The notes beneath the pieces were generated by a model, which was not told the origin of the DNA, ran no database searches, and saw only the letters and a program-made list of their open reading frames with translations. A program made the translations under genes and the position numbers. From Saccostrea echinata (lineage: Eukaryota): a stretch of 64,000 nt of DNA. This document shows, in pieces, positions 52,265-64,000 of the stretch (position 1 is its first letter; every line of letters starts with the position of its first letter). The stretch covers positions 5,518,001 through 5,582,000 of the forward strand of contig NW_026889766.1 of the NCBI RefSeq assembly GCF_033153115.1, in the 5' to 3' direction.

Positions 52265-55200
52265 TTAATTAGTGGCCTCTTTAACTGGCTCAGCTGGTTC
52301 CCCTGCCTCACTTTTGGTCTCGTATTCATACTCCACCTTGTATTTGTTAAAGGTGAAGTAGGGTGTGGCATCTTCGGTACCGCAAGATTCCTTCGTGGTG
52401 GTACACGCCACCAGATCCTCAGTATGTCCCATCAGCCAATCCTCACAAGCCGTCTTTTGATTCTCCGTCAGATTTTCCTCCCGCCAGCGATTTATCCACA
52501 TGGTGAATTTGTCATGGAGCTTTAGGGACACTCTCTTGTGTGACTGTAATGATCAAAAATTAAATCTTTGAAAAACATATAGTAACTGAAAATGTGTGAT
52601 ATAAAGTTATCAAAATATTTTGTATATTATGGTTATTACAAAATGATGTCAATTATCATTAGAGGTCAATTACAACTACAATTTTAGGAGAGAAAAATAC
52701 AGACAGACAGAATGATGCCAACTTGTATCAGAATAGCTTACTAACTGTAAGGGCTGACAAACAATATAGAATTTTAAAACGGTTCATTACTTTTGTACAC
52801 TTACCTCCCTTGCCTTGGTGAGTGCTGTACGTTTGTACAAATAGTACTCGCTGTTGACGACGTACACTATTTTGAATGAGTTGACGTTAAATTTACACTC
52901 TGTATTGTCCAGAATATCCATGTCCTCCGTAGACTGCTTGGGTGACCCGGGGATTTCCTCCGTCTCTGTGTCCGACCGAGATTTCTGATTCTTCTGGTGA
53001 AGTCGCCACTGTCTCACATTCCTATAGCAGACAATTTAAGATATTAAAGATCCTACATGTATGTGTCCAATACATAGTTCTCAGGTTATATAAAAGCTAG
53101 ACCCCAACAAATGTGCCATTTAACAGAGCTGATAGTTTTGAAATGGAAATAACTGAGCAGGTTTCATCAATCTTAACTCCCACTTGCCTCTTCAATGAAT
53201 AAAAATATCAGTGTTACATATATGTACTAACTGGGTAACAAGACAAATCGCCTGGACAAGACAAACTAGATCATTTTACACCTTCCAGTCATAATGACCT
53301 CCATATTTACATCTGAATCCAACTTTGAAGTCATCATCAACAACCTTGTCTGAGTCCATTCTAATCCACAGTAACAATGTTGCAGACACAATTTAAAAAA
53401 TTTTCTTGCTCAGTAACCTTAACTCTTTTGAAAAATATGACCTTAAGATAAGAATACAAATTACCTGGGAAGGAAAACAGGTTTGCGATTAAGGTGTTCC
53501 TTCAGGTCTTCCGACACTGTGTCGTCCTTGGAGACATATTTCTCTACATACTCAGACCAACGCTCTACTTCTATTGGATCATCAGACTGCTCGTGATCAG
53601 TGTCCAGGAGTTCAAAGGTCAACTTACACTCTTTCTTGAACTGTTGAAAATAATAAAGATTTTAAAATACTATAAACATACAGATTATGAGTGGAGGTTA
53701 TTTGTCTTGCTTATTAGTAGAAACTTTGCCTAAACATTGCAATCCTAAATCAAACAAGTAGACATCCCTGAAATACAACCTAAAATATGTCCATTCCATG
53801 CTCTTGCAGATTTTCAAAACCAACGGTATTTAGATCTATGTTGAAATGCTCGTTTTCCCCTTCCCTCTTACTTACAATGACAACTTTGAAGCAGTTTTCC
53901 TCGCTGAGACACTGTTCGGCTTTCTTCTGGTAGGCGCTCTCCTTGGCTGACCGCTGGTGGACAGTGGCTACCCGTCCACCTGTGGCATTGTTCTTGCGTT
54001 CCTCCTGGAACAGTGCAGTGATCTTAACACAAACCTCATCCTGGACAATATGCTGCATCTACAAAAACAAACAGTGATACTATTATTCAACAATCCTATC
54101 TTAGTAAAGCAAGTAAATACATTTATTTTCGACTACTGGAATTCTTTTGATTTATGTTATTTTATTTGAAATAAAGTGCCCCACTACAGCGTGATATGCC
54201 CATCAAATACTGTTTAATTATTATAAAAAGTTTAGAGTGCATATCACTCTAGAAAATCATGTCAACCTTGACACAAAGATTTCAAAGATTTTTCCATTCC
54301 TTATAATGTTTGATGCACATACATCTCCTGTGGTGCAGCTGACAATATTTGATAATGCCTAATAGTATTTAAGTTGTGAGCCGGATACGAAAAAGTCAAC
54401 AGACAGAAGGACAGATGGACATGAATGCCATAACATAGTCTTTAGATGGGCTTATACATGATAGAAATGACTCACAAAAAAACACTTAATCTTTCATTTT
54501 TTTATGAGTCATTTCTAAGTGTTCAAACTTTAATTCTTGTAGGAGAAAAATTTGTTTGATCAAGCTGTTCATGGAAATGACTAATAAACAACAAAAAAAG
54601 TAAATTATACAAGAATACAGACTCAGGTTTCCAAATTAAAACCATCATTTCCTCACCTGTCTGACAAGGTTCTGTACCAACTTCTCCATGGTGAAGGCAA
54701 TGTAAGCATGGATACCGTACATCTCTCTTAGCTGGTCCTCATACTGTGTGGATTCCAGATTCCCATCAAGCAAACTCTTCACCATCTCCAGGAAGTAAGG
54801 ATAGTACTCCTCAGGCTCAATCTCACCTGTAACCATAGCAAAAATCAAAACAATTGTCTTGGCAACCATTGCAAATTAATACATTCAATGCAATAAGAGG
54901 AAGACTAAAGGCTTTATAAATGATGTCATAATTGTAAATTCATGTATATTATTGTAAAAGGGTTTCATGAAAAGTGTGGACAACCTTTTGCTAAACTAAC
55001 TAGGAATTTTCTATAAGTATAACAATTTTTGAAAAAGTTTGATATAAAACTGAAATTCAACAGTGCTCCAAGTCACACATACTATTAGGGCGATAAATGG
55101 TGACCTAAAAAAATTTTTGGTCACCATTTCAGATTTTCTGGTTGCCATCCACAAATTTTTCACTCGCCATGGTGAAAACATTTTGTGAATAAAGCATTTA

Positions 55201-58200
55201 ATATATTATAACAGCAAGGAACAAACACTCATATAAATGTATGTACATGTATAATGTCATTTTCTTGATATAGAATCTTAGAAAAAAATAAATCTTATTT
55301 CTGATTATAGAAATGAAAACTCGCCAGGTCAAATTTTCTTGGTCGCAAAAATGCGAGTCAGTTTTAATTTGTAGTCCCCAAATTAATTTTTTGGTCGCAA
55401 ACTCGGAGCTCTGTAATCAAGCATATTTTGTATACCATACGGGGCAGAATTTGGAACACATCACTGCTGAAAATAAAATACTTTTAAAGGAAGCAGTGAT
55501 TTATTAATTCTTAGGGCTATCTCTATCTTTGCTAAGGATCATTCCACCTTAATAGCAATATATTATTGATCTTTGACACCTGGACCACCACCATGTCCAA
55601 TATCACCAATATTGTCAAGTGAATCAAATATCCTGATTTCATAACTAATTCAAATTTCAACCTTCAAATCTCTAACCCTTCAATATCTCAAATTTCTGAC
55701 AGTTTCATTTTGTTCTAGGTAGAAAGGTTTGACTGTGCATGCATTAATAACAGACAAAATGTATAACAACTTCATTTTACAATGTCCCTTTAATTTTTCT
55801 TACTTGGGGCTTTGAGTCTGAGGGCTACTGCAGTGGATTCCTTTCGGTCTTTTCGACACTGCGCCTCCTCAGCTGCGATTTTAACAGAATATGTGTATAT
55901 CTTGTACAGGCGTTCACACAGAATTTGGTGTAAGCGGAAAAACAGATACCAGTTATTGTTGACAAAGAACAGGGAATAGATGTCATCCTGCAAATTTACA
56001 ACAAAGTCAGGTTTAAGAAAAAAGTTGCAACTATGTGTATTTGTATTAATCAGAACAGAAACTGTTTAAACACAAACTATAACATTACAGAAATTGAACA
56101 GTAAAATCTTACAAAAGAAAACATTCTTATACATGTTTATACATGTAAATTAATTAATTTTAAATTTTTCTAAAAAATCATATACTCTTACATCCTCCAT
56201 ATCATCATCGTTAGTGTTTTCCTCCTGGTCGCCATTGACAACAGCCGAGTCAGCAGACTTACTCTCATCCCCCTCCTCCATCTTAATCTCGGGGTCCAAC
56301 TTTTCCTCCTTGATCTTCACTTCCTCACTCTCCTTTCCGTTTTTCCCTGAACTTGAAGATTTGTCCTTTTCCGATTCTTTCTTTTCCTCTGCTTTTGGCA
56401 TTTCCTTGTCTGCATCATCAACATCCATGTCATCTACAATATAACATGTACACTCCATTGGTAAAGTTTGCTGAAAATTTCATTAAAAACTGGTAATAAA
56501 ATAGTTAAATGTTCATATTTATACCCAAAGAAAATTAATACTAATAATTATAAGTAATAAGTAGATTATGATTCTGAGAAATTTAAATACTGAAATTTTA
56601 CCAAAAAAGTTGATTTTTCATTTCTACATACATGCCTATTGTAAATATTTGAGATAAATGCATTGAGAAGCACTAACAACAATTAACTGTGTATCTAGTG
56701 GATACTTTCAGAATGACTAAGAGTTATCTCCCTGTACCTTCTTCCTCGTCGTCACTCATTTCCTGTCGCGGCATGAAGAACAGATCTGGTATCAGCTGAC
56801 GTAACAACAGCTTGATCTTGTGTTTGTCATCTTTGTGAATTCCTACAATTTAAAAATATTGATTTATTTTAATATCACTACATGTATTTTATATCAATTG
56901 CTCTCAAGCTCATAAAAATCAGCAAAATTTTCTAGATCTCCTCTCTCAAAACATTGTTGGAATAACACTTTCAAATGAACTTTTAATATGTAAAATCTTT
57001 TTTTCTCTCTCTTCTCTGGAAAAAGTTTTGATATCTCACTTTTCTTAGAGATTTACTTGATATATGACAAGTAATCTTATTTTTTCAGCTTTTGTTTATG
57101 TAATTTACAAAATAAAAAATAGTCAAGCTAAATAATGTAATTGTAATATAATACATGTAACTGACCAGCTTGTCTCTTCATGTGATGTAGAATGAGGGAG
57201 GCCGCATCCTCAATGACAGATCGGTCCTTATACACATAACTCAGATGGGGGTTAAATGCTTCAGCACTCTCTGTTTCCTGTTCTGACCGCTGTTATACAA
57301 AATATTGAACAAATATTGTTAATACAATTTGTTACTAATTACTATATTTCTTTCCAGATTGGTGTGCAGGTTAAATCTATGAAAAGTGTAGCATTGAAAT
57401 AACTGGACCTTACAAAATGAATAAATATTTTTGGAGGGTGGGGAGGATGGATCAATCAATAATTAATCATTATGAAACTTAATTTTCTTTCTCAAATGAC
57501 TAAAGAAAATTAATCTAAGGACAGAGAAATCTTAAAAGGAGACTTTTATCAGAAATCTTTAATTATCAAAGAACCTAGAGTTTTCTTCCTCAATTCTAGT
57601 ATTACAGTGCACATGAACAAATACCATTTCTGACAAAACTTGTCCGTCTGCATCTTCTATGGATATAAATTAAGACACAATGACAAAGTCTCAAACCTAT
57701 TTCATAATCACAAGTTTGCAATTGTCCATTACCAAAATCAATACAGAGCAGATTCAGGTTATCCTAACTTTGACCTTTCACCTCAATACAACCTTTGACC
57801 CACCTCATCATATATAGTCTCTATCTCATTGAGCAGTCCTTTAGATCGGATGGCCTTGACATCATTCTGTTTGAAGTTAATCCCCTGATGGTCCAGTGAC
57901 TTGAGATAATATTTCTCATTCTGCTCTCTCCAAATCTTGTTGAAGTTCCTCTGGGCTTCACGCCATTCTTCCTCTTTGGCCTTCAACCTAAAATTTCAAA
58001 CATAAATTGTTTTATAACATATTATAAGTATAGAATTCAATGTAATACAGGTACTCTGTTGTCTTTTTTTCCTGACAAGCTGTGAATTAATTTCTGACAA
58101 GCTGTGTCTTAATTGGTTCAAATTGGCAGGTTCCCAACAAAGATATCGACATTAGTCTGGTTTGCTGCTGGTTACACAAGGAGATGCATAGAACGTGATC

Positions 58201-61200
58201 TCCCTCCTTCATTTATAAAATATTTTGCGTCTAAAATTTTGAATAACGGGGCTGTCAATGCCCTTTTTTGGTCCATGGTCTGGGTCTCACCAGATTGGCA
58301 AAATTATCGATGTTTTGGGTCAAATTGGAAATTTTCACTTTTATACAATATAATTTTATAAAACCATTAAAACATGAATTGATTGTTCTAAGGTAAAGAC
58401 AAAAACAACAGAGTAAGATCAATTAGGTTTTAAACTAACAGGATTTAATTTTTCATATGAACACAATTAACAATTTCTGATATTGGGAATTTCTAAATAA
58501 GTTAACTGGGAATTTTGGGGGGGTTTCCCAATTAGGAAGGGTCTGTTTATCAGACCCAAATCAGACGAGATTGATGGCCTTGAATAAAAATATATAATAG
58601 GTGACAGCCTCTTCCGTCTTTACTTACCTCCTCAGCACTAGTGGTACGGCTACAACAGGGTTCTTCTTCAGACCATCAATAATATCTGGAGCTTTGTCAC
58701 CATAGATTCTACAATATACACATGTTCATTTAACATGACTGTTATGAATACCCTTGTACATGTAGATCCCAAAATCCTTATTTTAAGAACTGTACACTGT
58801 TTTAAGGTATCTGCTCTCTCTTTCGTGAACTCTCTCTCTCTCTCTCTCTCTTACATTATCACAATAATTAACCATCAAACAAAAAGTTCCTCTTCTATTT
58901 ATTTTACTACAATATTAAACATATTCTAATCCCATTAAATTCATTGAAAACTTTATTGCATATTATAAAATTAAACATTGCAGTTGCTAAATTGTGCAGT
59001 TTCTCCACAATGTGCTACACTACAAATCTTTAAATTTGTACAGGTCAGAAATTTATCCTTCAAAATTTCTTATTCCTACAAATCTACTCAGTGTACAAAA
59101 ATATACACGTGTTACCTTTGGAATGAGATAAATTTTCGGAAATTTGAGAGCTTAAAAATCCCCCACCCCCTTCCACACAAACAGTCACTCCTCCCTAACC
59201 TCTGTATGGATTTCCTTTGAAGAACATCAGATGACCCGCCCAGGGAGTTGTCCAATCGGAATTTAGCTGCTTCCTCTGAGCTCATTCGACTCATTTTCTT
59301 TTGTACCGCTTCCAGGCAACGGATAGTGGCCAGATTTGTCTCTACGACAACATCAAGCTGAAATAGATGTTATTTCAGAGTCAATATTCATTTACATTAT
59401 TTTCAATTTCAAACTGACTATTAATGAGGAATCCTTTAGAGAAGTGGACAATTTAAGAGCCAAAAAGCAACATTTTTCACATGACCTGTCTGCTTTTTTT
59501 TCATTGGAGTACTTTTTTAGTCTTCTTGTTGCCAGCGGAAGGCTGCAAATGTATCCTATACTCGGCACTTAGGTGTATGGTCACTGAGCAGTGAGGGACT
59601 TTTTTTGTTAACATCTACTGCAACATGGGACCTTGGTTTGAAGGATATGGATCTCATCCAAAGGACCGGCTTAAATGGTTAACTGAACCTTAAAGCAGCT
59701 CAAAACCTACCTCAAACCTTTCATCCTCACAGCGGTATATGTGTTCCTCATACTGCGTTTTCCGTGATGTGACAAACGTGGAATCCTCCGACCAGGAGGG
59801 GAAAGAGACCCAGGTGTCATTCAATACCTTCAAATGTAAACAAAGCTTATGTAATGTCAGTGACATTTTACATTATGAAACTACATGTGCAAGAGATAGG
59901 GTGGGGGGAAGTAAAACAGATAATATTAAAATACACATATTATATTACAGAAAATAAGTAATTTTTGCAAGTATGCAATATTTCTAGAACTTTGTGTGTT
60001 AAAACAGAACCACAATATTTTAATTTCATTCCCAACACTGATTTCCAAATCTCAGAATATCAAGGACAACTGTTAGTTACCTCTCTACACAGCGGGGTTC
60101 GTCCTGAACACTTAGGCTGAGGGTAGGACTTGGGCAGTGCTCTATAGCTGGCTCCGTATCTCTTACATGTGGCATAGTCTGAAACAGTGGGGATACCATT
60201 ATAATAACAAACTTCTGTACAGTAAAAAAATTACTTGCCAGTATTGAAAATGACGCTGAAACTAAAAAGTCTTGTTTTCATACAAATATGTAGGGACTAA
60301 CATTTATTTCACGACTTTTATATAAAGTTCAGAAAAAAATCCATCAAACAGCAAGACCAAAAAGAAAAAAACCTATTTATTTTCTTACAAATATAAATCA
60401 AGGTAAAGTTGAAATTCATATTACTCATAACCATGTACCTTATTGTGTTTATATAACATAGATAAGAAACTTTATGTGTAACAGTTTTGGCTTTATATAA
60501 TGTACATATCTATTAGCATCAACAGAGTAGCTATTTCAATACTGAGAGTAATATCACCAACAGAAACACTGACCTACATGGCAATAATAACAGTACAGTT
60601 CATTTTAATTTGAGGATAACACTGCCACAAATACTGACCTATTTCCATTGCAAGCTCCCCGCTGACCCTCTCCTTCCCAAGGGCACCTTGAGGTACCGCC
60701 TCAGTGGTACCACCTGACTCCTTGTATCCTAGGAAATCCTTGAACCACTTGTACAACTCTGGGGATCTCCTGCATAACAAAAACAGTGTGTTTAACAAAT
60801 AAGGCATGGAAATGATTTTTTTTTTTCCAAAGAAAGATGATCATAAATAACTGCTTTTACAAACTACTTTCCTCTAGAACTACGTGTAAAAGAAATAACA
60901 GTTTTTTAAAGCTTGTTTTCTGCATAAAAACATTTAAGTGTAAAGATTTTTTTTCTAGTAATATTGTATAAAAGAATTCTACTTCTATAATTTCAGTTAA
61001 AACAAAGATAATGGACTATTAACATGAATATCATGATTTCATTTTAAAAAATTCCTAGGTATACTGTATATACATTGTATGCATGAATCAGAATATAAAA
61101 CTGGAACCAGGAACTCACTGTAAAAAAGTCTGGACAAGCTGAACCAGTTCGGTTCTTGAAATCACTTCCTGGTTAAATAGAACCAGACATCGCAAGAAAT

Positions 61201-62515
61201 TCTCGTAAACCTCAGGGTGTTTCAGGAACTTCCTCACCTGAAACATACATCGTAAAATTAGTATGAAAAAAAAACTTGCATTTTTTCTTCTAAAGTCCTT
61301 TGAAAAAATTGTAAGAATTTCAGAAAGTTTGACCCTTTAATTAAATATCTAAATGATCTAATAGTAAATGCATTAACAATACCATTCATTTTGTTCTTTT
61401 TCTTTTAACTTAATTTTCGCAAAAACTTTTATACATGCATGAAGGAAATACATCTCTTTTTTTTTTTTTTTTTTTTTAAATAATCTTACTAAAAGTTTTT
61501 ATTGGTAAGTATGTACATTTTTCCCCAGATAATATTCAAAATATCCCCCTCCATTAAAAAAAAAGCTACAAAAGTTTCTTAGTTTGATTTTCTCATAAAT
61601 CTAAAATAAAAAATTCTTTTGAAAACTTAAAAACATGGCTCTGATTTTTACATATCACTCACTTTGTCAAAGAAGGCAAACTCATTCAATGTTCCATATC
61701 TTCCGGCCTCAGCAAGTGAGATGTCTTTTAAGGTACCCGTTCTCTGTTTCTGAAAAAAAAAATTCAACAATAAAGACTTGTATCAAATAAGGTATCATAT
61801 TGGTCCTCAAATCCTCTTGCTCAAATGAAAACAATGCAGCCTCATAAAAATTCCAATCTGAAACATCAAATTGTCAATAAAATTTTTTTTGCATGTTAAC
61901 TTTGGAATGTATTTAATCTTAACTTTACATTTATACACAGACCTCTCTTCTGTCCATGTTAACTGGCTATGATATTTCTCTCCAGGTATGACAAGTTAAA
62001 ATTAAAATCAATATGTGGAATATCAGGGAAGGGGCATTGACCCCATTTCATTTGAGTTTCAACTTCATTATCTCAAACATTCATATCTCAAAGTTTTTCA
62101 AGAATAGGGTTCAACTGTATCTAATCTGAACTATACTTGAGTTCAGCTCCTGTTCCTCAATTGACTCTCTAGCATTCCACATATGTGGGGGTTCTGCTCT
62201 CTCTCCCCTCCTTCCCTGAGAAGTATTTAATTCATTCAATCCTTGTCTTCAGACTTTGCTCATCAACTTTCCAACAAAACTACCTTTCTATGGCTCTCTA
62301 ACACCAACTCTCTGTAGGGGTGGTTTCAGACCTTGTGAATTAGACTATCTGACAATACTAACCTTCTGTGGAGGTTGTGGCCCACCAGAGGGTCTTCTGT
62401 GTTGATTTCCGCTCTTCCCCATCTGACTTTTGTTGCCTAGGGAGGGTTTTTTGACAGTGGAGGAATGGTCATTTCTGACCCCCAGGGATGAGCTGTCAGT
62501 CTGTAACATGTTTAG
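52265..62515 (-). CDS. SIN3A: Paired amphipathic helix protein Sin3 (Sin3A-like co-repressor), 3' 17 exons; 5' exons lie beyond the window
   Basis: Exons read by hand, all GT-AG with consistent phase: 62363-62515, 61663-61749, 61119-61237, 60639-60769, 60081-60178, 59711-59827, 59200-59357, 58628-58708, 57804-57987, 57166-57289, 56738-56842, 56192-56433, 55804-55987, 54657-54826, 53876-54058, 53465-53640, 52805-53021, plus terminal 52265-52543. Peptides recognised from vertebrate SIN3A: [35 protein letters not shown] (PAH3), [106 protein letters not shown]. Confidence 0.96.
59528..59672 (-). mobile_element. Degraded SINE fragment in a Sin3 intron
   Basis: GCTGCAAAT..CCTATACTCGGCACTTA..TGAGCAGTGAGGG..CTCATCCAAAGGACCGG matches the SINE body. 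Confidence 0.7.
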
Positions 62516-63313
62516 CTGTAAAACAAAAAGTCTTCAAAATATTAAACCAGGTAAAATGTGTGAGATGAATTTCAATCATCTGAGTTTAACATTCAGGCAT
62601 GTGCTAAAATTGACTTAGATGGGTAATATGTATGTTCAGTAATAACAGTATCTAGTATTATAGTACAGAGACTGACCATTTGTATTCTTCAATGGATGCA
62701 GACAAAAGTAAATTCAGTTATCAAGGTTTTACTCTATAAAGATTTTCCACACAATCCAGTGATTTTTCTACACCCAATTTAGGTCCGAATATCGGCCCTT
62801 TCCCCTATCAAAAATTACCGATTTTTTCCCAATTTCAGTTGCTTTTTCCCCCCAGAAAAACCGTTATTGATTTTGTTACATTAAATTTTTTATGTACGAC
62901 TTATCTAAATTGGAACGCTATTGCTCTCCGTCATTCATACTCTTAAAATAATAGTGAAATACAGCAGATCATTTTGTGCGTTTACAAGACATAGAAAAAC
63001 ACATTGATCATGTCAAACGTCAAACTAAATACATCGTAAGAAAGTGTAAGATGCATGTGAACAGGCGAAACATAGCTTTATTTGTAAATCCAAGTACTAG
63101 TAGTTCTACAACAAGCATCCCTGATTCCATGAAAATCAAACTGTTTCTACACCCGGCAGATGCAACTAATATTGCAGGGTAATTGCAGCACTGTGACAAT
63201 GATTAGGGTGATTTAGAAAGCTAGAAGAAAAATGATTTGTTTTAAATCATGTCAGATTATATCATCTTCAATGGCTATTATGAGTAGGATTTTTTCTTAT
63301 GTCTACCATTATG

Positions 63314-63352
<39 letters not shown>

Positions 63353-64000
63353 AATATAGGACGGTCACGACTAATGACAACTTTCAAAGATTAAAAAAAA
63401 AGTTGAAAATGTAGAACTGTGTCTAATTTGTTATTTTGTAGTAAATGTTTTGAATAAATGATGTTACATTTACTTACATATTTATATTTTATTTTACCTG
63501 TCAATTAAGGATACACCAAAGGTTTCGATATGCCAGAATTTAATTTGCATGTAATTCTTTCATCATCAAAGATAACATAATAAAAGTATATATCATTTGA
63601 AAGCTTGTTAAATTTACTATTTAATTATCCTAATTTAAACTTTAATTAATAACTTATTTAAAAATTATTTAAATATTAATGTAAATTTTAGTGCATAAAT
63701 ATTTTATAAATCAACTTTTTTGTATTTAACCCCTCAAAGTGGTCATTTTACCTCAAGGTAGATTAAAGATTGAACTTAAAAACTGTATCTCAGATTTTTG
63801 ATAAATCTTCTAATTCAAAAGTTACAGCCATTTGCCCTTCAATGTTACCAATTTATTAGCCTAATTTAACATTTCCTTCAATAATTCCAAAACTAAGGTA
63901 GATATCAAAAATCTGAGACACGGTTTTGTAAACACACATTTGAGAAGCAACTCATCCAATTTTCAGAGAATTTGGTCAATAAATAAGGGAGCTGAATCCT

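Noticed and set aside
52220-52525. Plus-strand ORF conserved with 29629-29880
   Set aside because: It is the antisense shadow of the duplicated Sin3 last exon; the similarity is explained by duplication.
55061-55414. Possible hAT-like element (CAGTGCTCC...GGAGCTCTG)
   Set aside because: Only a 9-bp imperfect inverted match and no clear target-site duplication.

Overview
AT-rich, intron-containing eukaryotic DNA, most likely from an oyster (Ostreidae; inferred from the SINE, satellite and gene-family content). The right end (52265 to >62515, minus strand) holds the 3' part of an intact Sin3 co-repressor gene. I traced 17 exons with GT-AG boundaries and consistent phase, covering the post-PAH2 linker, PAH3, the HDAC-interaction domain and the C-terminus. 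The remaining ~50 kb is a tandem array of three decayed partial Sin3 duplicates. These carry six plus-strand, single-coding-exon, RING-less TRIM-like genes (B-box1/B-box2/coiled-coil/NHL beta-propeller). One copy is intact, one is cut by the window edge, one is split by a single TAG, and three are pseudogenes. The central observation is that the TRIM-like genes sit antisense inside one specific intron of the Sin3 duplicates, while the same intron in the functional Sin3 is only ~600 bp and empty. Differences between TRIM copies concentrate at propeller loop positions, as expected for a diversifying ligand-recognition family. Mobile DNA is abundant: tRNA-derived SINEs with target-site duplications, Helentron/HINE-like elements with satellite cores, MITEs and a Penelope-like RT remnant.
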